Virus record (IMG/VR): IMGVR_UViG_3300031760_000010
Span: 58,560-122,559 of that record
Origin: a virus
Lineage: Duplodnaviria; Caudoviricetes
Reading direction: 5' to 3' (one strand)
Length of the DNA stretch: 64,000 nt
Each line of letters begins with the position of its first letter. Position 1 is the stretch's first letter. The notes beneath the pieces were generated by a model that was given only the letters and a program-made list of their open reading frames with translations, was not told where the DNA came from and searched no databases. The position numbers and the translations under genes were made by a program. This document shows, piece by piece, positions 19,657-27,196 of this stretch.

Positions 19657-19954
19657 TTTAATCAGCAGACAGGATGCGATTGAATATCTCATGACCAATA
19701 TGAACTGGTATGACGAAGATGGATATGAATCTGACGATGATTATAAGCGTGAGTGCATAACCGAATTAATTAACGGCGTGCCGTCCGCACGGCCAGAACG
19801 GAAGAAGGGGAAGTGGATAGAGGTTGATGACCACTATAACCGTATCAGCGGAAGATGTTCTGCTTGCGGTTGGGAAGCGTTATTGTACGAAACCGATGTT
19901 GTGGGTATGGACTTCTGCCCGAACTGCGGCGCGAAAATGAATGAAATTACTTGA
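19649..19954 (+). CDS. MDDLISRQ-module zinc-ribbon protein
   Basis: GKW..CSACG..FCPNCGAKM. Confidence 0.65.
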   Translation: MDDLISRQDAIEYLMTNMNWYDEDGYESDDDYKRECITELINGVPSARPERKKGKWIEVDDHYNRISGRCSACGWEALLYETDVVGMDFCPNCGAKMNEIT

Positions 19955-19979
19955 CAAATTATTTATTTAAATGTAATAT
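19951..19979 (+). promoter_or_regulatory. sigma-A promoter
   Basis: ttgaca-N17-taatat ahead of GAGGAGG RBS and ATG 19999. Confidence 0.65.
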
Positions 19980-19998
19980 AAAAGAGAGGAGGTGCCCC

Positions 19999-21246
19999 AT
20001 GAGAACAACACGAGAAGAATTAGTACAACATTTACGGAAACCATTGTTACAACTTAGTATCGATGTACAGAAACGAAATAAGATAGTATCTTATTTGACA
20101 GAACAGTATAATGTACCAGAATCAGTTGTTTCAGACTATATACTTGGCCAGAAGAGTATTGATTCAGCTGATAATCAAATGTTGTTCTTTTTATGCGATG
20201 GATTAGATAAAGTACAAAAGAAATCTAATTGGGTGGATAACTATTTTACTGATCCAGAGAAGCGGTTGTGGGGTACTTCTAAAATAGAAGAGAAGACGAT
20301 TGAATGGCCGTTACGGTTTGCTATGCTGCAAGTCAGCGATGATTCCTGGATCGGACCAGTAACTGTTCGGCAGTTAACAGAATTGTATTCTAGCCAGCTT
20401 ATTAATTACAATACCAATACGCAAAGGGCTTTAAAACAGTATTATGTAAAAAGCGAATATGTGTATAGGATTGCGATTAATAAAAACGCCGTGGCAGAAA
20501 TCAAGAATCTTTTCCATGAAGGTAAATACATTTCTAATACTATCACTTTAAATATTCCAGCTGATAGCAACGCAGATTTCTATTATGACAATAAAAGTCA
20601 TGAGTTAGTAGTTAAGCATATTGATATGTTTGATATTCTAGATGGTTATCATAGATTGTTAGCTATGATTCAAGAATATCATGATAATGAGTTTGACTAT
20701 CCTATGGAGCTGCGTATTACTAATTATGATGATTTGAAGGCAAAACAATTTATTTATCAGGAAGATCAGAAAACGAAGATGCGGAAAGCTGAGTCTGATA
20801 CTTATAATGTTTATTCGCCTGAGAATAAAGTCATTTCCAGATTAAACATGGACCCTGGCAGTGAGATACAGGGTATGATTGGTATGGGAGACGCAAAAAT
20901 TTCTCAGACATGGCTGTCATCTATAATTAGTATTTGGTTTAGAGGGAAGACCATAGAAGCTAGTAAAAAAATAATTCCAGAAGTGACAACTGCGCTAATG
21001 GAAGCCTTTAACAGTTTAATTGCTCATGACCGTATTTATGAGTATAAGATTTATACTTATAAAGAGATTGCCGCGGTTGGGTATTATGCTTATAAGATAA
21101 CCGAGGGAAATCATTATAATAATGTTGGCGATGCGATTGCCAAGTTGATTGCTTTAATAGCTGAAGATAATAATGCTAGATTGTCTGCGAATCGTAATTT
21201 TACAAAAACTGTAATTGCTTATCTCGATAGAATCGTAAAGGGGTGA
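19999..21246 (+). CDS. DndB/DGQHR-like protein (SPbeta YopQ-like)
   Basis: TQR and ILDGYHR motifs; adjacent to an MrpR-like gene. Confidence 0.65.
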   Translation: MRTTREELVQHLRKPLLQLSIDVQKRNKIVSYLTEQYNVPESVVSDYILGQKSIDSADNQMLFFLCDGLDKVQKKSNWVDNYFTDPEKRLWGTSKIEEKTIEWPLRFAMLQVSDDSWIGPVTVRQLTELYSSQLINYNTNTQRALKQYYVKSEYVYRIAINKNAVAEIKNLFHEGKYISNTITLNIPADSNADFYYDNKSHELVVKHIDMFDILDGYHRLLAMIQEYHDNEFDYPMELRITNYDDLKAKQFIYQEDQKTKMRKAESDTYNVYSPENKVISRLNMDPGSEIQGMIGMGDAKISQTWLSSIISIWFRGKTIEASKKIIPEVTTALMEAFNSLIAHDRIYEYKIYTYKEIAAVGYYAYKITEGNHYNNVGDAIAKLIALIAEDNNARLSANRNFTKTVIAYLDRIVKG

Positions 21247-22160
21247 CGACAGTTATGATGTATAATGCGGAGCGGAAAGAACGGTATATTGAAGCAAAAG
21301 AAGCCATTACTGAATTGCCCAATAATTTTTTGCCAAGATTGTTTAAACAGCTAAGCGATTATGAAGAAAAGTTAAGTAAAGACGCATGTGATTTTACAGA
21401 AACTGAAATTTGTTCTTATTATAAATTGAGAGGAAGTCGTTCTGTAAATAATTTAAGGAATCTTAACAGCCAATTGTCATTATACACAGATTGGTGCTTG
21501 GGCCAGGGGTTTGTTATTGATGGACAGAACCACTACAGGGTGCTGAACCAAGAAGACTTTGAGGGTTGTATTAATTTGGCTGCCATTCAGATATTGTCAA
21601 TTGGAAGGGAAGATCTAATTCGTCAACTTCGTACATTGCCAAACGCAAGAGAGCGATTCGTAATTCTATATCTATTTGAGGTTGGATCCAAAGACTTAGT
21701 CAGTATTTTTAAGCAGATGACGCTTGATTGGTTTGACGGAGAGATTTTGCATTTGCCTGGCCGAGACGTAGCCATTTCTGATGAGTTATTACAATTTGCT
21801 GAGGAAGCTGCTGCAGAAAGAGAATTAGTTTCTTATAATGCAACGCAAAAAACTTTTCCGCTTGTTCCAGATGGGAAGGTAGTGCAATGGAGAAATAATC
21901 AAAGGGCAGAAATTGTACGAATGTCTCAATATTCTTTGATATGTAAAAGAGCGATGGATTGGTTAGGATATGGATCATTGCGGCCTAAAGAAATCGAACT
22001 TATGGGAATGAAATATATGTTCGAACAATTGGGTAAAGAATATGGATTAAGTATAACGGACGCTATCTTTAATAAAGAACTATTCCAACGGGTTATGAAC
22101 CAATACGGGGTATCATTCCCGCAAAGAGCATTTTATAATAAAATAAAAGGGTATCTGTGA
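21243..22160 (+). CDS. MrpR/YopR-like lytic-cycle repressor (recombinase fold)
   Basis: MYNAERKERYI N-terminus, KDACDF, YTDWC and L.NARERF..L.LFE; no catalytic HxxR/Y. Confidence 0.6.
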   Translation: MTTVMMYNAERKERYIEAKEAITELPNNFLPRLFKQLSDYEEKLSKDACDFTETEICSYYKLRGSRSVNNLRNLNSQLSLYTDWCLGQGFVIDGQNHYRVLNQEDFEGCINLAAIQILSIGREDLIRQLRTLPNARERFVILYLFEVGSKDLVSIFKQMTLDWFDGEILHLPGRDVAISDELLQFAEEAAAERELVSYNATQKTFPLVPDGKVVQWRNNQRAEIVRMSQYSLICKRAMDWLGYGSLRPKEIELMGMKYMFEQLGKEYGLSITDAIFNKELFQRVMNQYGVSFPQRAFYNKIKGYL

Positions 22161-22184
22161 TGCCCTTTTATGTCGGAGAGACAC

Positions 22185-22212
22185 TTGACAAATTAAAATA
22201 AAGGTGTATAAT
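22185..22212 (+). promoter_or_regulatory. sigma-A promoter
   Basis: ttgaca-N16-tataat. Confidence 0.65.
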
Positions 22213-22242
22213 ATAGGATAGAACGAAGGGAGACTAGTTTTT

Positions 22243-22527
22243 ATGGGATACTGTAACTTAGCAACACTGAAGGATATCGTAGAGAATCAGTATGATGAAT
22301 TTATTATTGATTACCATAACGGCAGTATAGATCTGACATATAGTGTAGTCAATACGCAAATTGATATTGATGCAGAAAAAGGGGTTATGACAGTTGATTC
22401 GAATGAGCTGGATGAATTGTGTTTCACTGTCGGATCCGTTTGGAAGGTTGAAGAAGAGCCGGTAACAAATTCTGATAGTTATTTTTGTGGAGCAATTGTA
22501 TTGACGCATCTAAAGAGTATGGAATAA
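22243..22527 (+). CDS. hypothetical protein
   Basis: AAGGGAG RBS. Confidence 0.55.
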   Translation: MGYCNLATLKDIVENQYDEFIIDYHNGSIDLTYSVVNTQIDIDAEKGVMTVDSNELDELCFTVGSVWKVEEEPVTNSDSYFCGAIVLTHLKSME

Positions 22528-22560
22528 GCAGTAATATAGAAATTAATTAGCAAGACATGG

Positions 22561-22600
22561 TTGACACGGTTGTCTGGTTGTGGTAAGATAATCGTGTCAA
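22561..22600 (+). promoter_or_regulatory. tRNA-cluster promoter overlapped by an inverted repeat
   Basis: ttgaca-N17-taagat with TG; ttgacacg...cgtgtcaa. Confidence 0.65.
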
Positions 22601-22606
22601 CAGTGA

Positions 22607-22682
22607 TGGGGTGTCGCCAAGGTTGGCCAAAGGCATAGCACTTTGAATGCTACATTCGTTGGTTCAAATCCAACCACCCCAG
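22607..22682 (+). tRNA. tRNA-Gln(TTG)
   Basis: tagca-ctTTGaa-tgcta; GGTTCAAATCC. Confidence 0.85.
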
Positions 22683-22778
22683 CTCAGTCATAAGCAATCT
22701 GTTCCTCCAGTATATACAAAATAACAGAAAGGAAAGAGTTTCCCACATTTTTCCATTCCTTCAATGCTTATGACATTC

Positions 22779-22866
22779 GCCGGTATACTCAAGAGGTTGA
22801 AGAGGGATGACTTGAAATCATCGAGGTCACGAAAGTGGCGCGGGGGTTCGAATCCTCCTATCGGCG
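22779..22866 (+). tRNA. tRNA-Ser(TGA)
   Basis: gatga-ctTGAaa-tcatc; long variable arm. Confidence 0.9.
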
Positions 22867-22940
22867 TTGTATTGACTACATATTGTGCCATTAAGGCAAC
22901 CTCCTTTCGCAACCGAGCTGAGCGGTATATCTCAGCATAT

Positions 22941-23022
<82 letters not shown>

Positions 23023-23026
23023 GTTT

Positions 23027-23114
23027 TGGGGATTAGCTCAGTTGGTGAGAGCCAAGATCTTATAAATCGGAGGCCCTAACAAGGAAATCGTGGGTTCGAA
23101 TCCCGCATCCCCGA
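23027..23114 (+). tRNA. atypical tRNA-Ile(TAT) with long variable region
   Basis: gat-ctTATaa-atc; intact D and T arms; weak upper anticodon stem. Confidence 0.55.
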
Positions 23115-23138
23115 TGTCCAAGGTCTAAAAATCGTTTT

Positions 23139-23227
23139 ACTCCGGTGGCGGAATAGGTAGACGCATTATAGAAAGCCCGGATAGGCAGGTGTATATCCAT
23201 GCAAGGTGCAAATCCTTACCCGGAGAA
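23139..23227 (+). ncRNA. tRNA-like element lacking a canonical anticodon arm
   Basis: ctccgg/ccggag acceptor, Leu-type D arm, GGTGCAAATCC T loop. Confidence 0.55.
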
Positions 23228-23430
23228 GTGGAGTATGACTCATACAGAAGTTATTATTGCTGTCGAAATTAATTTATCAAATAGCTTTTGATATTCAGCT
23301 GCTGTTTTTTTCATAACAAACCTAGCCTCCTTAAGATTTCATCAGTTTTTCACTTTTATTAAGGATGGGGTCTGTATGAGTCATTCACTCCAAATCATGT
23401 ATGTAATATTATGTTATTTAAATAATAATA

Positions 23431-23503
23431 CGCCTTGTAGTTTAAAAAACGGATAAAATACTTTGATCTTGAAGTGACCAGGGTTCAAATCCCTGTAAGG
23501 CAT
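23431..23503 (+). ncRNA. tRNA-like element with aberrant anticodon loop
   Basis: gccttg/taaggc acceptor; cagggttcaaatccctg T arm. Confidence 0.5.
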
Positions 23504-23545
23504 TATGCGAAATGATTGCAACATTATCGCAGAGCTTGCAAAGGA

Positions 23546-23613
23546 ACCCATTTACGTTAGTGGTAGACGACCCATAATTATGGACAGCAGAGGTTCGATT
23601 CCTCTAATGGGAA
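23546..23613 (+). ncRNA. tRNA-like element with truncated anticodon arm
   Basis: cccatt/aatggg acceptor; agaggttcgattcctct T arm; ccataattatgg in place of the anticodon arm. Confidence 0.55.
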
Positions 23614-23679
23614 TGGTTGGCAGCCATAATTGCTATAGTATCTATTGATACAGTATAAATTAAATATGGAGAAAACAAG

Positions 23680-24318
23680 ATGGAAAAAGTTAGAATGACA
23701 GTACATGAAGCGTTGTGTGAAATCAAGGTTGCGGATAATAAGATTGAGAAGGCAATTGATAATGCTGTTTTTTGTGTAGTCAATAAGGCGAGTAATACCA
23801 AAATTAACGGCGCAGATATCAAGGACTTTAATGAGAACGCAAAAGCATCGTTCCAGAAAGTAACGGATCTAATTCGTCGGACCGAAGCAATTAAAGCTGC
23901 TCTTAGCCTAAGTAATGCGGCAACGAGGATTACCGTAGGTGATAAGGAAATGTCTGTAGCTGAGGGTATCTATGCAATGCAGCATGGAATGGAGAGCAAG
24001 CGAGAGTTGCTGTATGCAATGAATAACCAGTATGCCCAGGCTTTACAGACTGTACAGTCCAATAACAAAATTGTTGAGGGAGAGCGTTTGGATAAATTTA
24101 TTGCCAGTACTTTTGGCAATAAGGAAAAAGCAAGCCCTGAAGATATCCGGGTTGCAACCGAGACGTTTTTGAAACAGCAGAGATATGAGATTGTAGATCC
24201 TTTGGATATTAAGAAAAGGATTGATGAACTGCAGGATGAGATTGATGAGTTCACTTCTAAGATTGATTCTGCGATTCAGATTAGTAATGCAACCACTTAT
24301 ATCGAGTTTAGTTATTAA
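23680..24318 (+). CDS. conserved coiled-coil phage protein within the tRNA cluster
   Basis: MTVHEAL.E.K...SNA.T.I...DP...ID.A.Q.SNATT.IE pattern. Confidence 0.75.
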   Translation: MEKVRMTVHEALCEIKVADNKIEKAIDNAVFCVVNKASNTKINGADIKDFNENAKASFQKVTDLIRRTEAIKAALSLSNAATRITVGDKEMSVAEGIYAMQHGMESKRELLYAMNNQYAQALQTVQSNNKIVEGERLDKFIASTFGNKEKASPEDIRVATETFLKQQRYEIVDPLDIKKRIDELQDEIDEFTSKIDSAIQISNATTYIEFSY

Positions 24319-24343
24319 AACTAATAATATTTATCATACTATA

Positions 24344-24670
24344 CCCTTGTATAGCGAAAACCACAAACCATACTTCACTGCACATTTTGGGCATTTTAGG
24401 TAGTGTAACAAAACAAAATATAAATGCTCTCCAAGAAAAAACATCCTCATGATTAGGATTCTTATTGTTCTATGTACATGCTACGTACATAATTGTGAAT
24501 ATTAAGTATCTTGTATTGAGTAGGAAGTAATGCCTATTTATTAATGAGTAACAGTTTTTATTGGATATTTATTAGATGACTAATGGATATTTATTCTGAA
24601 ATCCATGAGTGATGGTTTTGGGCGTAAGTATAGTTGGCCTGTGGTAACCCACATGGCTGCTATGCAAGGG
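24344..24670 (+). ncRNA. candidate ~330-nt structured RNA
   Basis: Closing stem cccttgtatagc/gctatgcaaggg; no ORF; internal complementarities. Confidence 0.5.
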
Positions 24671-24675
24671 AGCAT

Positions 24676-24749
24676 GGTCCCATAGGCAAGTTGGTAAAGC
24701 CACAGCCCTTTCAAGGCTGAGACGCTGGGTTCGAATCCCGCTGGGACTA
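24676..24749 (+). tRNA. tRNA-Glu(TTC)
   Basis: cagcc-ctTTCaa-ggctg. Confidence 0.9.
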
Positions 24750-24752
24750 TTT

Positions 24753-24837
24753 GCGGTTTTACTCAAGTGGTTAAGAGAGCAGTTTGCTAAACTGCCAGGC
24801 CAGAAATGGTGCAAAGGTTCGAATCCTTTAAACCGCG
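24753..24837 (+). tRNA. tRNA-Ser(GCT)
   Basis: gcagt-ttGCTaa-actgc; long variable arm. Confidence 0.9.
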
Positions 24838-24976
24838 TAGTCGCAATGGTGGCCCGCTACGATTTTCGGATCGGTATGACACTGGCAGATACGTCTGCAA
24901 AGACTGGCTTATACAGGTTGGTATAAGTCGTGAAAGCTCGCTGTTTTCGGACAGAATGAGAAAGGCGAGGGTGTTC

Positions 24977-25049
24977 GCGCCATTAGCTCAGTCGGTAGAG
25001 CACATGACTTTTAATCATGGTGTCATGGGTTCAATTCCCATATGGCGTA
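24977..25049 (+). tRNA. tRNA-Lys(TTT)
   Basis: catga-ctTTTaa-tcatg. Confidence 0.92.
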
Positions 25050-25067
25050 GTTAAGGAGGATTAAGGA

Positions 25068-25283
25068 ATGAAAGTGTTGAATAAAAAGAAGATGTCAGAA
25101 AATAGCGTGGCCATGATTGTTTGTAACGAAAAAGAAGCTAATAATTTTCTTCGTGCAGACCCTTTGCTGAAGAATTCGTTAGTAATTATGGACCAATTGG
25201 AAGATGGTGCGGTTTGTGTAATTGAAAAACAAAAATTCATTGATTTCTTATCCGAGTATGGAGAGATTTGGGCGAAAGAATAA
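25068..25283 (+). CDS. hypothetical protein
   Basis: AAGGAGG RBS. Confidence 0.5.
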   Translation: MKVLNKKKMSENSVAMIVCNEKEANNFLRADPLLKNSLVIMDQLEDGAVCVIEKQKFIDFLSEYGEIWAKE

Positions 25284-25286
25284 AAT

Positions 25287-25357
25287 GGGTTGGTAGTTTA
25301 ATGGTAGAACAATGGTCTCCAAAACCATAGATCTGGGTTCGATTCCTAGCCTTCCTG
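25287..25357 (+). tRNA. tRNA-Trp(CCA), two acceptor-stem mismatches
   Basis: atggt-ctCCAaa-accat. Confidence 0.75.
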
Positions 25358-25380
25358 CTTGTTTGAGATAATATATATGC

Positions 25381-25689
25381 GCTCCAGTGGCGGAACGGGA
25401 ATACGCTGCGGACTTTTCACTTGGCGAACAATAAAGAAAGAGCCTTACATGGGAAACGATGTAAGTGGAGATGGCTAATTCGGCGAACAGCCAAGAGAAC
25501 GCCGAGCTAAGTTAAGCAAAAAACTTGCTTATAAATGTGTAGAGACTATAGACCATCCACCTAAGTCAATATTGATATGGTAAAGACATAGTCCAGACTA
25601 CAACGCAAATTATTGCGGCCATGGTGACATGGAGTAGTAAGAAAATCCGTTGACTTTAAGTCATGTGGGTTCGAATCCCACCTGGAGTA
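25381..25689 (+). tRNA. tRNA-Leu(TAA) split by a group I intron (exons 25381-25415, 25642-25689)
   Basis: Joining the exons gives gcgga-ctTAAaa-tccgt; acceptor gctccag/ctggagt. Confidence 0.88.
25416..25641 (+). mobile_element. group I intron (no ORF) in the tRNA-Leu anticodon
   Basis: Exon ends in U and intron in G; P4 aattcggcgaa/aacgccgagc; P7 agagacta/gacatagtcc. Confidence 0.88.
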
Positions 25690-25720
25690 TTCATATTAAA
25701 CACAAAGGAGAACAACAGTT

Positions 25721-26260
25721 ATGACTGATGTAAGACTTAAGATGTCCCCACCTTGGGTGGTATATGTCAATAAAGTTGAAGCATTGTTTGACGGCGATCC
25801 TCAAATCGCATGTAATGTTTATTTGGATGGATCAAAACCTTCTATTGTTTTGGCTTGCAATAATGGTGATAAGGTAACCGCTCTACAGCGACTTCTACCA
25901 GCCGAAGTAGAATTTGGTAATGTTACGCTTACGATTGAAATTGATGGAGTACCTTCCAATCGTGCTTTCAAAAACAAGAAAGAACTTTTTGATGTAGCGT
26001 TTGAAAAGAATCCGGCATATGCATATGCTGTGTCTCCGGCAAATGAAGGATATGCATGGTTCGATATTGTTTATGCCGTCTTTAAGAATGTGGTTGTGCA
26101 GATGTTCGCGGATAATTTGAACGATTGTCATGGAATTATTAGCACTCTTTATGAAGATATTGCTAGAGAAATCCTGACTGGCGAGGACGCTCAGGGTGTA
26201 TATTTCAATACAGATATTGAAGTTGGCAAGCTTGGTAAATCTTTGGACGAATGGCCGTAA
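25721..26260 (+). CDS. hypothetical protein
   Basis: AAGGAG RBS; 179 aa. Confidence 0.7.
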   Translation: MTDVRLKMSPPWVVYVNKVEALFDGDPQIACNVYLDGSKPSIVLACNNGDKVTALQRLLPAEVEFGNVTLTIEIDGVPSNRAFKNKKELFDVAFEKNPAYAYAVSPANEGYAWFDIVYAVFKNVVVQMFADNLNDCHGIISTLYEDIAREILTGEDAQGVYFNTDIEVGKLGKSLDEWP

Positions 26261-26338
26261 GGTTTGAATACTCGTTTTATTTGAATATTCAGGGCGAACT
26301 GTTCAGCCGTCCCTGATAAAACATAACGGCAGAACTTT

Positions 26339-26412
26339 CGGGATGTAGCGAAGCTTGGAATCGCGCCTGATTTGGGATCAGGAGATCGCAGGTTCAAATC
26401 CTGTCATTCCGA
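26339..26412 (+). tRNA. tRNA-Pro(TGG)
   Basis: cctga-ttTGGga-tcagg. Confidence 0.9.
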
Positions 26413-26571
26413 TGAAAGGGTTAAGAGCAAAAATATCACGTAACCCAGTGACGACCAAAGTTACGGGAATAAGGTTCGATGCGGTGTGTACAGCCAAAAC
26501 GGAATCCTCAGACGAGTAGAAGTCAGGCCAAAATAGTGAGATGTGCGGTTGCGATGACCTTAAGTCGCCCA

Positions 26572-26644
26572 GACCTTATAGCTCAATTGGCAGAGCACTT
26601 GGCCGTTAACCAAGGTGTTGTAGGTTCAAGTCCTACTAGGGTCG
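26572..26644 (+). tRNA. tRNA-Asn(GTT)
   Basis: cttgg-ccGTTaa-ccaag. Confidence 0.9.
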
Positions 26645-26648
26645 TTAA

Positions 26649-26732
26649 GCCGATGTGGTGGAACTGGCAGACGCTGCAGACTCAAAATCTGTTGCCAGAA
26701 ATGGCGTGTGGGTTCAAATCCCACCATCGGCA
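26649..26732 (+). tRNA. tRNA-Leu(CAA)
   Basis: gcaga-ctCAAaa-tctgt. Confidence 0.9.
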
Positions 26733-26860
26733 CTGAGGTCATAACTGCAGAATATGGCATCATGGTTCTTTAGAGGATAGCATTGAGGAGTTGTTACAAA
26801 AGTGCTGAGGGTGGGACGGATTGATCACCGTGAACAAATGTGAAGGTATAAAGAACCATC

Positions 26861-26925
26861 AGGACTATGGTGTAACGGGAGCATAGGTTGATCGCCAGGT
26901 ATTGGTTCAAGTCCAATTGGTCCAA
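26861..26925 (+). ncRNA. tRNA-like element with a 2-bp anticodon stem
   Basis: ggacta/tggtcc acceptor; attggttcaagtccaat T arm; gg-ttgatcg-cc. Confidence 0.55.
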
Positions 26926-26969
26926 TTATAAGGTCATGATAAGTTGTAGAAAGGAGATTGTAATGAAGA

Positions 26970-27170
26970 ATGCAAGAAGAACATAATATTTATTGCATAA
27001 AGTGCCGTACAAAACATGCTATAAAACCAGAACAAACATTTTGGGACGAGCACGGGTATGGTTATTCTACTAAATTATGTAAATGCCCAACTTGCAATAA
27101 TATTATTATTTTAGAATATTACGAGGACCATGGCCTCGATATAAATAAAGACACTCGTTGGTATAACTAA
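26970..27170 (+). CDS. small zinc-finger protein
   Basis: CxxC..CPTC; AAGGAG RBS. Confidence 0.55.
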   Translation: MQEEHNIYCIKCRTKHAIKPEQTFWDEHGYGYSTKLCKCPTCNNIIILEYYEDHGLDINKDTRWYN

Positions 27171-27196
27171 TAAATTAAAAAGAGGTATAATTAAAA

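Noticed and set aside
22867-22935. HDV-like (theta) ribozyme after tRNA-Ser
   Set aside because: Could not build the nested P1/P2/P3 double pseudoknot by eye.
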